Shown piece by piece: positions 1 through 12,355 of a stretch of 64,000 nt of DNA. The translations under genes were made by a program, and so were the position numbers. Position 1 is the stretch's first letter. Every line of letters begins with the position of its first letter. A model generated the notes under the pieces. That model was not told the DNA's origin and made no database searches. It worked only from the letters and a program-made list of their open reading frames with translations. Origin of the DNA: Schmidtea polychroa (lineage: Eukaryota); contig CM097888.1 in NCBI GenBank assembly GCA_044892525.1, positions 17,112,001 to 17,176,000 on the forward strand, in the 5' to 3' direction.

Positions 1-839
1 GATACCTGAAAATCAAATAAATAGAAAAAACTTAAATTGTTTTAATTAGGTCATTAATAAAATATAAGTGCTTAGATTATTTTAACTAATACATTATATT
101 CAATTTTCAACCATGAATTTAACGTAATCTTTTAACCTGTACAAAGTCCTTTAATATTATTATAAGCGAAATAAATATTCATGATGTAATTAATTTAAAA
201 TAACATACGTGATCGGGATTGAAAACTTTCAAAATTTATTCAAAAATTTATTCACGGAAAAATTCAAAAATGTTCTAAAACCAAGATGTACGCNNNNNNN
301 NNNNNNNNNNNNNNNNNNNNNNNNNNNNNNNNNNNNNNNNNNNNNNNNNNNNNNNNNNNNNNNNNNNNNNNNNNNNNNNNNNNNNNNNNNNNNNNNNNNN
401 NNNNNNNNNNNNNNNNNNNNNNNNNNNNNNNNNNNNNNNNNNNNNNNNNNNNNNNNNNNNNNNNNNNNNNNNAATTAAAAACTCAAAAAATGTAACAAGA
501 TTATTATTTAATAAGTAGGGCCTCAAAAATTAACCAATTTAAACTTTATTGGTAAACGGTAATATAAAATTATTAAAAAAAAATCTTATGTTTGTGTATC
601 CGAAATGCTTATTGAATAAGAAAGCTTTCCAGAGGGTGAACCACTTTAAAATATTTTGAAAATATCTTTTTTGAAATAAATAATGCTGTAAAGGATGAAA
701 TATTTGAAACAATAATATAAATATCTCTATCCAAAATAAGAAAAATAATAAAAACAAATAAATCTGCAGCAGTTAAATATAATTGTAAAAGAGTATATAT
801 TAGTAAAAAGAAAATATCAGAAATCAACCATTAATATTC

Positions 840-3000
840 GGTGATTTAACAGCAGCTGTAGGTGCAACAGCTGGAATAACAAATGCTGTTAAAAATGTAA
901 AAAGAAGCACAATTAGTTGAAGCTTCAAAGACAACAATATTTGGTGAAAAGGGTTCGGGTTCCACCAGAGGCTCTGCGAGTGTCTGCTTTACGGGTTCAG
1001 GAGTATATTTAGATCCATATCAAGGTCATGGAATCTGTAATTTTTAAAAATCTATAGATATAAATAAAGAGTTAAAAGAAACTTTAAAGAAATTTAAAAA
1101 GTGAAATATTCATGTGAATGTTGAAGGTGATGGAATTTATCTTACTCCATACAAGAAATGACCAGGCTTTGCTAAAGTAACCTTTATTGTTTTATTAATA
1201 AAATGTCCTTCATGTCAACTTGGAATAAAAACATTGTGAAATTCAAACATGATCCTATTTTATCAAATTCATTTAGAATGTTGATTAGTGGAAGTTCTGG
1301 TTCTGGAAAAACTGTGTTATTATTAAAAATGGTTTTAACCCCCAATTTTATAGACTATTATAATTTAATAATTTTTAGTAAAACTATTGATCAACCTGAA
1401 ATGCAAATAATTTTTATTAGTTCAATTGTGGTCTATTAAAACAAGATAATGTGAGTTTATTTCAAGATAGAATTCCAGATAATACATCTACTATAGATTT
1501 ATGTGAGAACTTCCGTGAGAATGTATATTCTATGAAACAATACAACTCTAAATTTACAGTATCAATGAGTAATAAATACCGTGAAATCATTCCTCGAGAA
1601 AAACCAGATCGGACACGTAAGAATTTAATAATTTTCGATGATTGCGTCAATATGAAAAATCAACAAATTATGAAAACTTATTAAGTAAGAAGAAATGAAG
1701 ATTGTTATTTCATAGTATTTTGCTAACATACATACAAATACCCCGATTGTCCCGACACTTTTTATATGTAACTCTATCGGGTTCACATATTAAACCAACA
1801 ACATTTAAAAATGTGGTTTTTAAATATTGTGGTTTTTTTAGGTTAAGGTCTGTACATTCTACTCTTTTCTACTTCTACCAGTGATGTTAAAGATAAACCT
1901 AACCAAAAAAGCGATCCAAAAAGGTATTCAAAAAGGATTCCAAGGGGGATATGAAAACTTTTAAGATGGGTTCAATAAAAGATTTAAAGAACTTAAACAA
2001 ATTGTCAAAAAGAAGAAAAACTCAGTGAAAATTATCAAAAAAAAGTATGGACAGATCCAAAAAACCTGGCTAGTTTTGATGGGGTGAGAAAACTGCCAAA
2101 AGTAGTAGTTTATTCAAATGAAGCTAAGAAATGGTTATCTGATCAAATAGTTTAAATAAATCATACAGTTTAAATAAACCGAAAATTCCCCACCCGTAGT
2201 TATAAAACAATGGAAGTTTATGTTTTATGGCAAATGGATTTGATGAAAATTATACCATTTTCTAAAATTAATAAGGGATACATGTATTGATAGATTTAGT
2301 CGATTTGCACGTACTATTCCAAAACAAAATATGGTATTGAAATGTTTAATGTAATAAAAGAATTATTTGCTGTTGGAAAGCCTCATAATTTACAAACAGA
2401 TTTGAGTAATTAAAATAAATTAATGTTTTAAGTAGATATTTAAGGAATTTTATAACAGCAAAGTAAAATAAGTTATCAAGGCAATAATTTATTACTCTGT
2501 AATTTCTCAATATTAGGCACTCTACGTGGAAAGATGTATTCGAACTTTAAGAGATCGTTTGTAAAGGTTTTTCGTATATCAAAGAAATAAAACTTGAATA
2601 AATGTTTTAACAAAAGTGATTATTAGTTACAATTATTCTCCGCATCGAGGGTTAAATGGAATGAGCCAATTGATATTTATTTAACAAATAATGTTGATAA
2701 TTGGATATTGCAACAGGAAAATTCAACCATGAAAAAGCTTAATTATAAGGTGAGTGATTATGTAAGAATTAGTAAAATCAGTGATTCTCCATTCATCAAG
2801 AATTTTGATAATAATTGGAGTGATGAAGTATTTCAAATCTCAGAAATCGATACTAACCAGAACCCTGTAATGTAAGTACAGATTATTATAAAGTATTACA
2901 GATCATAAAAACAAACAAGTCAGTGGAAAATTCTATGAACAAAATCTAACTGCAAGTCCTTCCTACCCCTGCTGTATTCAGAATTCAAAAATAATAATAA
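840..3000 (+). mobile_element. Degraded Polinton/Maverick remnant (packaging ATPase and integrase fragments)
   Basis: ORF 1203-1439 has Walker A GSSGSGKT and ORF 1451-1684 has Walker B LIIFDDC. Broken frames at about 2040-2950 read WTDPKNLASFDGVRKL, WQMDLMK and KVSDYVRISK...NWSDEVFQI, the typical Polinton integrase N-terminal, core and C-terminal motifs. Multiple stops and frameshifts. Confidence 0.8.
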
Positions 3001-3339
3001 TAAAATTAATAAACAAAATTTAGTGAAATACCACAAACCTTTATTTATATTCCCAAAACATTTGATGGTGAAAATTGTATTTAAAATGAAGGATAAGTAA
3101 ATATCTAAAAAATTATAATAAAATAAATTCATAGATAAAATCCATAAGTTACATGTGAATCGGTCAATTTTCATTTGAAAATATTAATAAAATAAATATT
3201 TCACTTAAATTCAGTCAAACAAATTTATTTATAATTTTATGAAATTGCAATTATAAATCCAAACAATAAAAGTATTATTATAAATTTTAAAGTAATAATT
3301 TGTGAAATATATAGTTTTTGAAGTAAAGATTAAATTTCA

Positions 3340-4620
3340 AAACTCACCAGTTCGTCGTTACTAAATTAAATTCTCACACTTTTTTGAAAAAAGAATCCAA
3401 TTTCATTTGCTTTGATTATTTCTTTCTTGCAGAATCATTGCATAAGGTCGAACGGCAGCTGTGGCGCTTCTTTTAACATTTGCGCCTCGATTGAAATCAC
3501 CATCGATTTCACAGCGTTCATCTGTTAATCTTTCTATAGAAGAAAGGATACGAGTTAGATCGGCCGCTTTTAGGGTTTCTCATCCTCATTTTCTTCTTCT
3601 TCGGGATTTTCTGACTGATAGCAATCTAATACTTCCATCAACTCTTCTAATTCTTAATTTGAGAGTAGTTGGTTATGCCCTTCTAACAGCTCAATCACAT
3701 CTTCGGTTGTTACGTCTTCAAATTCACATTCGCGTGTAAATATGATAATTTCTTCGTTTATGCTAATGATATCTACCTCTTCTACACTTACACCTTGTAT
3801 AAATCGACACAGAAGCTTACTTCAAACGCCGTTTAAACAATTGGTTGTCACTTCGTCCCAAACAGACTTCAGTTTTTTGATTCCTTTTAAAATGTCATTT
3901 ACGGTCTGATTGGAATTAATATTTATCGCCTAAATCATTGCTTTTAATGTAATGCGCAAATAATATGCGTTAAAGGTAGAAATTACTTTGTGATCCATGG
4001 GTTGTAATACGGAGGTTGCGTTAGTGGCATGTAAATTACCTTGACGTCCAATCCCATGTCTAAGGTGTCAAGATTTTGCGGATGTACTGGAGCATTGTAT
4101 AATATGAGTAATGCTTTCTTTAGAATGTTATTTTAGTCACAAAGTTTAAGCATGGTAAAGCGAAAATAATTTCTATACCAGTTTGTGACACCTTCATGTG
4201 TGATCAAGGTCTTTTTATTCCACGTCAAAAATACTGACAAGAAGCTTTTGTCAAGACCTTTAAAAGCCCGTGTATTTTAGGAATGGTATACTACCATTGG
4301 TTTTAATTTTAAGGAACCAGAAAAATTTTATCCCAAGAAAACAGTCAGTCTTTCCTTGGCCGCTTTAAATCCAGGAACGCTACCTTCGACTCGCAAAATA
4401 AACGTTCTCGATGGCAACTTCTTCTAATAGAGGCTTGTTTCATCAAAATTGAAGATGAGATGTGAAAGATAGTTGCCTTGTTCCACAATTTCTTGAAATT
4501 TTTGAGAGTAAGCTGCCGCTGCTGCTACACCAGAACTCGTTGCTTCGCATCTTAGTTTAGTACTGCGGATATTGGTTCGAGCCCAATTTTATTTTCTAAG
4601 ATAAAAACTGGATCCCAGGA
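3340..4620 (-). pseudogene. Tigger/pogo (CENP-B-like DDE) transposase remnant
   Basis: Minus-strand fragments read FNFDETSL, PSRTFILRVEGSVPGFKAAKERL, TNATSVLQPMD and EDVTTEDVIELLEGH, all Tigger-type motifs. Reading frame is disrupted. Confidence 0.85.
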
Positions 4621-5941
4621 GTCATGCGACTAAAAGGTGTGTGACTTAATTCAGTAAAACAAATTTGAATTATTTAATTTTGAATCCTAATTTTTATCAA
4701 TTTTGATGGCGCCTTTTCGTAATTTATTATTTACTTTGTTTTTTAATTTTTATATTTTATTTAATTTTAAAATTATTTTACCACCATGATGGATATTGGA
4801 ATTTTCTAGAATATTCTTTGTTGTTTCAGATATTTTATTAAAATATACCTTTTTATTTTAATTTTTATATTATTTCAGACTAGTTTTTGTTAATTTAATT
4901 CTCAAATTTTATATTTTAGTAAATTTCCACTAGCTACTTTTGCGGCCATGATGAATTTCGCCATTTTTATAGAATATTCTAGTTTTCTGTACATTTCTAT
5001 TGTAAATATTTTAATCATACTTCATTTCCTGATGTTATTTTGTGGAAATCTTTCTAATTTCTATTCCTATTTCTCTTTTTCGCCAATAATTTAAATTTGA
5101 GTGGATTTCATGTAATATTTCTTGCTTTTGTTTCATATTAGTTTATTTCTGTGTTTATTATTTTTGTGTTGATTGTATTATATTTATTTATTTAATTGAT
5201 GTTTGGACGTGTTTGAGTTTGACTCGGCTTGAAGTTATGTTTGCGTGCTATGTCCCGACGTTTTTCAGCCACGATTCAACCACTTGGGCTCAAAATTAGT
5301 TCTAGCCCAACATTTCTATGATGTAATTAGAATGTCTTATGTAGCCTATTAAGATAAGATTATAATGCGTTAAATTTAATTCAGGTGATACAACCAGGCT
5401 TACAATTTGGCGGTAATATCCTAATATGGAAAAGATATTCCGGCTCCGATATTTAGACCATGACTCCTAATTTCGAACAGATTTCATTAAATTTTCATAA
5501 AATCAAACTAAATAATGTTTTGAAAATAGAATTAGAATAAACGAAGCACTTTCATTTATTTAATCATTATTTTTCCATCTAATTGGTAGAATTCTTTAAA
5601 CTTTATGAAAATATATGGAATCTATATAAAATTATACTTTTAATTATTTTAATTCAATTTAAAAATGCAACATCAAAATGATATTTGGGATAATGACCGT
5701 AGTGTTGAGAAAAGAAAGAAATGTATTATTACAGCAAAATCTGAAAGCAGAATTATTGATCGAATAAAAATTTAAAATGACGTACAATAAGATACATACA
5801 TTTTTAAAACAGAGGATGTATAACTAATTATTATAAAAGCTGAGAAATATTTATAAATATATTTATTTTGGTTATTTTATCCTATTTTTTACATTATAAT
5901 ACACAAGAAATGAAAATTTAATTTTTTGTTATATTTTAAAT

Positions 5942-6190
5942 CAACCATGACCAACCGGTGGCCCGCGAAGCGTTTTGATGTGGCCCGGACACAATTTTAA
6001 ACATCAAATCAATAATTGTCTTTTGAAGAATTCATATTCGAATTAAGCATGTTTTTAATTTAAAAAATTGATTCTAAGTTTACTTGAATCGTAAAAACGA
6101 GTTATATTTATTTAAATGAATTTATTGTGGCCCCTGATAGTATTTTTCCGAAAATTTGGCCCTTCGATTGATTTGGGTTGGCCACCACTG
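5942..6190. mobile_element. hAT-type MITE, copy 1
   Basis: Imperfect TIRs CAACCATGACCAACC / GGGTTGGCCACCACTG and a perfect 8-bp TSD TTTTAAAT. A near-identical inverted copy lies at 57136-57384. Confidence 0.9.
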
Positions 6191-6701
6191 TTTTAAATGA
6201 TATATCATTTTATAATATTTTCTTTTATTCCGATATGATGTTTTAAAATTCTTTCAAGCTTGGAAACAATCTGATTTGAATGTTCGAGTATCCAAAGGGA
6301 TTTGCGAATACAGACTTCATCCGCATCTATGTTATTTTTAGATTCTTCTCAATCTGACAGACAGTGTCAAAAATACTGATTTTGCGACATGTATTTATAG
6401 TTTTATATTTTCATTGTTTTATCACTTTATTTTAATAACCTTGATATCAATTTCTAAAATGAAATCTAGCAATATTGATATATTTGAGATAAATTAAAAT
6501 TACAATATTGAAATTAAGACTTTTACTTAAATTCACCGTAAATAATGTTAAAATTTATTTTGCCAGTAAAGAGAAAACGAATATAAATTCTATTGATACG
6601 ATGTTTAAGCTAACATCAATATTAATTAATTTTAAATATATTTTAATTGTTTTTTTGTAATGCGATGAGAAATAGAACCAATTTCATATGGAGATTGTTT
6701 T

Positions 6702-7811
6702 TTAATCATAAGTGTCAGTAGTATTATTAACTCGAATCATAATATTATACAATAGTTCACTGCATTTCGAGGTCAAGGCTTCATTTTCTATGTCATTTTG
6801 AATTCGAAAAATGATGGGCGCTAATCTTTTGCATATATTTCGTCGAATTTGTGGCAAAATCTTTTTTGGTGAGCTCATTATGATTAGGTAATACTTTGAC
6901 AATCGTTCCATATGGTTGAGGAGGCTAGTTAACATTGATCTATTTATCGCTTGTAAATTTGTCAAAATCTGTTTGGAAATTGGTTCTGGAACTGCTTCAT
7001 TTCTGTCAAGTTTACGCAAACTCTTTTGATTGGCAAACGGAATTAGCGGTTGTGGGAGTTCGTTTAATAATAATTGAATTAATCTTTCCAAATTGCCCAC
7101 AGTCCAGTTGGTTTGATTGTTTAAATCGATTGGTAGTTTTTTGATCAACGAATTGAAAATTTCCTCCAACATGTCAACTTCAACTTTTATTTTACTCTTT
7201 TCCTCCGATCTCTTTTTGACGCCCAATTGAAATCGTCTTCGTTCTACTTCGTTTATACAAATATTTAACAAGTCTGACGCAATATTCATATCCAATCCGT
7301 AACGAATGAGCCAGACGTTTTTATCATCTTCTTTCAATGACTGAAATGTCATACTTTTCAATTTTTTATTATTATCTGTCACCTTTAGCACAAACGCATT
7401 ACTGTCTTTGAAGGTGTATGGACAGACATCTTTGGTAAACAATATATTATATGTATCGGTTTGATGTTGTTTATTATCAACTGTAATCATAAGCATTTTC
7501 GATTTTTCATTTTTAATAAAATGAATATCTCTTAATATAACTTCATTACCTTTTATACAATATTGTTTCAAGCTTCCATGTTGGGTCGTATTTACGTTAT
7601 TATCGTAATGGTCTCCAATATTGGATTTGCTCAGTAAAGCTTTATTTGACTTTTTCACATTTTTAAATTTAGAATTGGAATTTGAGTCAACATTGTTTTG
7701 ATTTATGTCGGAACTTTCTAAATTTGTATTTCCTTTATCCGGTTTGAATGATTTAAACAATGTTTTGCCAGTTTTTCTTTGTGATTCGATTTTAACATCT
7801 TTATGTCGCAT
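6702..7811 (-). CDS. 369-aa uninterrupted ORF with a C-terminal divergent RhoGAP-like domain
   Basis: LIQLLLNELPQPLIPF, LQAINRSMLTSLLNHMERL and RLAPIIFR follow the RhoGAP helical signature. The arginine-finger position reads EEIFN. It may be a terminal exon, since an N-block lies just upstream. Confidence 0.65.
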   Translation of the reverse strand: MRHKDVKIESQRKTGKTLFKSFKPDKGNTNLESSDINQNNVDSNSNSKFKNVKKSNKALLSKSNIGDHYDNNVNTTQHGSLKQYCIKGNEVILRDIHFIKNEKSKMLMITVDNKQHQTDTYNILFTKDVCPYTFKDSNAFVLKVTDNNKKLKSMTFQSLKEDDKNVWLIRYGLDMNIASDLLNICINEVERRRFQLGVKKRSEEKSKIKVEVDMLEEIFNSLIKKLPIDLNNQTNWTVGNLERLIQLLLNELPQPLIPFANQKSLRKLDRNEAVPEPISKQILTNLQAINRSMLTSLLNHMERLSKYYLIIMSSPKKILPQIRRNICKRLAPIIFRIQNDIENEALTSKCSELLYNIMIRVNNTTDTYD

Positions 7812-8275
7812 TAGGTCAAATTAATTAATTTATTAATTGATAATATATGTAAAAATGATTAGNNNNNNNNNNNNNNNNNNNNNNNNNNNNNNNNNNNNNN
7901 NNNNNNNNNNNNNNNNNNNNNNNNNNNNNNNNNNNNNNNNNNNNNNNNNNNNNNNNNNNNNNNNNNNNNNNNNNNNNNNNNNNNNNNNNNNNNNNNNNNN
8001 NNNNNNNNNNNNNNNNNNNNNNNNNNNNNNNNNNNNNNNNNNNNNNNNNNNNNNNNNNNNNNNNNNNNNNNNNNNNNNNNNNNNNNNNNNNNNNNNNNNN
8101 NNNNNNNNNNNNNNNNNNNNNCTAAATACATAATTTTCTATGTAACAATTCATGGATATAGAAAAATGGCTTTGTTGGGTTTTGGATTATTTCAAGTCGG
8201 TTCTCTCTGACTCCTGGTGTTCTTTAAATTAAAACAATGAACGACCCAACGTATATTGAAACAACAGGTTCACAA

Positions 8276-8281
8276 TTTATT
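8276..8281 (-). terminator. LTR polyadenylation signal AATAAA
   Basis: AATAAA on the minus strand, about 100 nt before the LTR end. Confidence 0.5.
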
Positions 8282-8553
8282 ATCACGCTACAATTACCAA
8301 TCAAAGTTTTATACGATTCTCCGCTCGGCGTTAATGCTTTGCAAACAAACAGTATTCACCTTTTGATCCTTTAGTTCTGTTGACTCTCGTTTTCCTCGGT
8401 TTCGGTTTGGTTTGATCTCTTTTCGCCTTTCCGTATTCTTAATTCTATTTCTTCTTTTCCCTACTTCCCTAATTCGTTTACCACTTTTCCTACAGTCTAA
8501 TTCTTCGAACCCTAGCTGAGGCAGAATGCCGATTTTCTCTGATTTTCCCTTTG

Positions 8554-8562
8554 CTTATATAC
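8554..8562 (-). promoter_or_regulatory. LTR TATA box (GTATATAAG); 5' LTR equivalent at 36301-36309
   Basis: TATATAA on the minus strand, about 275 nt upstream of an AATAAA at 8281-8276, consistent with a U3-R-U5 layout. Confidence 0.55.
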
Positions 8563-9230
8563 TCCTCGAAATCAGGATGACAAATGGTTATTGCCGAGCC
8601 AATCTTTCGTTTGACATTTTCTCCTACGTGTTTGCTTCGGCTGTCACCCATAATGGTCCAACGAATCCAGATAATTAATGGCCCTACCGGTCTTCCTACG
8701 CGCGCTATCTTCTCCTTACTCTTTTCCCATTAATCATTGTGTCAAACTAATGGGCCCAAATCTTCCTTTTGTTTGCCTTTCTTCTTGTTTACCCAGCTCG
8801 GGTTTCCTTTATCTCTCGGGTTCTCCATTGGCTCGGGTTTCCCATTAGCTCGGGTTTCCCATTAGCCAATTAATTAATTAATTAACGTTTTCTGTTTTCA
8901 TACGTTTGAATATTTTTCGACCCTTCCTAACCCTTTTCTGATAAATCCCTAACCATCATCTTGTTGACCATTAGCTAATCTATACCTGTCCCGTTTTTCC
9001 CATTCGATTTCGATGATTTTTTCATTTATTGATTTTTCTCGGATTTCCGCATTCTCGCCTTTCGTAATTGCTTTTTGCATTTTCTATTACTGTTTCCGTC
9101 ACACTTTCCTTTACTATTGATTCTGTGCACGATCCCGCTTTTATTTGCCTTTTTTCCTCGCTTACTTTCCATTTGAATTATTATCCTAAATTTTATTTAA
9201 ATTTTTAATTTTAATTTACAGACCTCAACA

Positions 9231-9267
9231 TATCTCCCCCCTTAAAAAAATTTTTTCGTCCTCGAAA
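9231..9267 (-). promoter_or_regulatory. Polypurine tract and upstream TTTCGAGGACGAAA motif
   Basis: The minus strand reads TTTCGAGGACGAAAAAATTTTTTTAAGGGGGGAGATA immediately before the TGTTGAG start of the 3' LTR. Confidence 0.9.
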
Positions 9268-11017
9268 TCTATGTTTTGCTGTGACTATGTCCTTGGACGT
9301 AATTTTACATACATTTAATTATTAGATTATACTTTATACTTTTCTAGTTTTCAAATTTTCTGAAATTTCATAGAAATACAAGGCCCAATGGGATGAATTG
9401 GGCAAAAACCTTTGTGAAAAACATTTAAAAACTTGTCCACCATATATAAATATGACAATAATATCTAATTTGAAATAGAATGCGCATTACTGTTGACGAT
9501 TTTATTCCATAACGCAATAGGCTATTGAGAAAAGAAATTATCACTACTCTTTGAACTTTCACTAATGTCAATTTTAATAATCCTACTAAATTACTAATCA
9601 CCTAATATATTAGATACTTCGATAAATAAAAATTTCACATAAATAATTTAGAAATTTATTTTTTTATAAATCAGTATTATGCAGTTAACAACTTAAATAT
9701 TCAAAAATTTATAAATTCATTTCTGTTTTAAACCAATTTAAATGATTTGAATTAGTTTTGTTTAATAAAATAAATTAGCACTTAGATATTTGTTTACGTT
9801 ACTTTTTTGAGAAATTGTTTATCAAATAATATGGATTTTGGTTATTCACTTTCAACAGTCAATGTGGAAACTATTTAAAAATAATTTATATGAACCTGGG
9901 AAATATTTTTGCTGTTATCAGCTAACACAGATAATATCTGCAGTCTCTAATTTAATTTATAAATGAATTAGCTAAAACGATTTCAGATAAAAAAAAATCA
10001 ATTTCATTATTATCTCTAATATTCATTAAGTCCATAAAGACCTTTGTTAGCGATTAACAATTTAATCTTGGCTGATAGTATGAAATGAAAATCATTTCAT
10101 TAAAGACGCTAAGATTTGATTTTGTGTGCCTTCATTTAATTGGCTTATAAGAGATGCTTATAAAATCTGTCTCAGAAATTATTGTCGTGTCTCACACACT
10201 CTCTTCAATTTGATTGGCCATTTGTCAACGGCTGAAAAAGAGAAAATATAGCTTTTTAAAAGCAGGAAATTTCTAGGAAAATTCAATCACTTGATTTTCG
10301 CAAACGAATTTAACGAAAATATATTTATATTTCTTTTTTTTTTTTTTTATATTAGAGTTTGGCTTAAATTTCATTCACACTTATTTATGGTCAACGATTG
10401 GGTTATAAAAACCATGTATGCTACAAAACGTCGAAGAGGAAGCACAAAATGGTTAGATTAATTTTTTTTTTGTATTAATTGTATAAAAATTCGAATTATT
10501 CTCAGTTATTGATTCTCTATCAAAACCGATGATTGATAAGTTGGGGAAAAATCGATATGCATTGACAACATTAAATTATGAGAATTATAGCACAGGTTTG
10601 AAATATATATTTATCTAATCTGTCGATCAAATCTCAGAATTCCGGCTGGTTCAATAAAATAATGAAATTTTTTTCCTTATATTCTGAAATATTTTTAGCA
10701 AATGATTTTTTTTTTTTGGGTTTATTAATTTATATTTTTTAGATTGAAGTAGGTTTATTATTTATTCATTTTATGTAACCATTATATGTGATGTTATGAA
10801 ATATCGGCAATTATAAAGCAATTCAATGATTTGTATAAAATTGTTATTAATCCTGTTATTTATTAGCATGAGGATTTGAGTGGATATAATAATATTTAGG
10901 CATTTGTGTAATGCTTGCAAATTATAATTGGAAATTATTTGAAAATTACCAAAGAATAATAATATTTGCAGTTCCCTGAAATGCTAGATATTTAAATGAG
11001 AAATAAACTTGAAAATT

Positions 11018-11046
11018 GACTACTACTATTATTATTACTCTATCAA

Positions 11047-11095
<49 letters not shown>

Positions 11096-11230
11096 TATTG
11101 TTATAATTATTACTGTTATTACCACTATCATTACCATTATTATTATCAATATTATTATTTTATCAATATTATTATTATTATTATTATTATTATTATCAAT
11201 ATTATTATTATTATTATTATTATTATTTAT
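11018..11230. repeat. (ATT)n microsatellite inside the element's 3' region
   Basis: Long imperfect ATT run; it explains the poly-N/I/L ORFs in the track. Confidence 0.95.
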
Positions 11231-11257
11231 CACAATCCTACTCCAATTATCGCAATT

Positions 11258-11412
11258 ATCGGGACGTCTATTAATTGAGGGAAATAATTTTTATCGGGAC
11301 GTCTATTAATTGAGGGAAATAATTTTTTATCTGGACGTCTATTAGTTGGGGTAAATAATTTTTATCGGGACGTTTATTAAGGGAAATACTTATTATCTGG
11401 ACGTCTATTAAA
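11258..11412. repeat. About 35-bp tandem repeat, 4-5 copies
   Basis: Unit approximately ATCGGGACGTCTATTAATTGAGGGAAATAATTTTT, with no unique spacers. Confidence 0.9.
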
Positions 11413-11667
11413 AATTAATAAATCAAGTAGACTAACGACAGTCTGGTAAGGTTATGGTTATGTGGTGTCATTATTACCATTATTATTAATATTATAATTT
11501 AAAAATAATTTTTGTTATTAATAACTTATTGGTTTATTTCGCTCGCAGCATGGTAAAAAGTTAATCTCCCCCGCACCGACCGACTCATGATATCACTTGT
11601 TTACTCAACCTGATAAGGTATCTGCGATGAACATTAATATTCCGAATGATTTTTTTTTTTGGTTTTT

Positions 11668-11797
11668 GACGTAGCCGATACTGATAGGCTCTATAATTAA
11701 TTACCCTGTGGTTTCTTAACGTAGCCCGTGCTGATAAGCTTTCTAATTAATTACCCTGTGGTTTGTTAACGTAGCCTGTACTGATAAGCGTTCTATA
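11668..11797. repeat. 50-bp tandem repeat, about 2.6 copies
   Basis: CGTAGCC anchors at 11670, 11720 and 11770; shared CTGATA(A/G)GC and TAATTAATTACCCTGTGGTTT. Confidence 0.9.
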
Positions 11798-12355
11798 TAA
11801 GTGTCTGCTTTACCACTTTTCGTTAGTTTTGTCTTGCCAATCTTGAAGTAAGCATTTTATATTTTATTTTTCTTTTTCATATTTTTTTTTTGAATTTTAG
11901 TAACGCCATCCCTCAATTACTATGGACGTAAGTGATTACTTGTCTTTTATTATTTTTTTTTGTTTTTGTGATTCTTTTTACCATGCTGTCCTCAACTATT
12001 AGTAATGCGTTCCCTCATAGCAACCGAACATTTGCAATCGCTGTCCAGGGTAGCCAAACCCCGGTGATTGCAAGTGCTCGTGTTGCTTATTAAATTAACT
12101 TATTGATGCTTATTAAATTAACTTATTTACTTTTTAATTTTAATTCGTTAATTTGTTTATGCAACTACCTATACCACACTCATGTTTTGGGTCATATATT
12201 TTTGATTTTTGATTTTGTATTTATACTAAAAGCAAACCTCTAATTACAGCTACTCGTATTTTTCTGACAATTTTAGCCGTATTTATACTTATTGATTTAT
12301 TACGTAATTCTTAAAATCAATTACTTCCCTGCACTAATTATTTGTCGAGGGCGCC

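Larger units (their letters stand above)
8173..9230 (-). repeat. 3' LTR (1058 bp)
   Basis: 8494-9230 matches 36241-36977 with no difference seen. 8173-8497 matches 23039-23363 and 32292-32616 with 3 substitutions. Termini are TG/CA. Confidence 0.97.

Noticed and set aside
209-526. ORFs containing long X runs (also 7833-8153, 42812-43054, 45762-46076, 54800-55051, 55525-55868, 62262-62615)
   Set aside because: They are open only because they cross N-blocks (294-472, 7863-8121, 42851-43022, 45811-46028, 54844-54999, 55609-55819, 62399-62540).
3461-3739. 92-aa plus-strand ORF
   Set aside because: Antisense shadow of the Tigger remnant.
4640-5312. Possible LTR end (…TAGCCCAACA) like the nested element's terminus
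   Set aside because: Only about 10 bp of similarity plus AT-rich sequence; no partner end or TSD found.
10946-11309. Poly-Asn/Ile/Leu/Tyr ORFs
   Set aside because: Translations of the (ATT)n microsatellite.
11258-11797. CRISPR-like look of the 35-bp and 50-bp arrays
   Set aside because: Head-to-tail repeats with no unique spacers, no cas genes, and a eukaryotic context.
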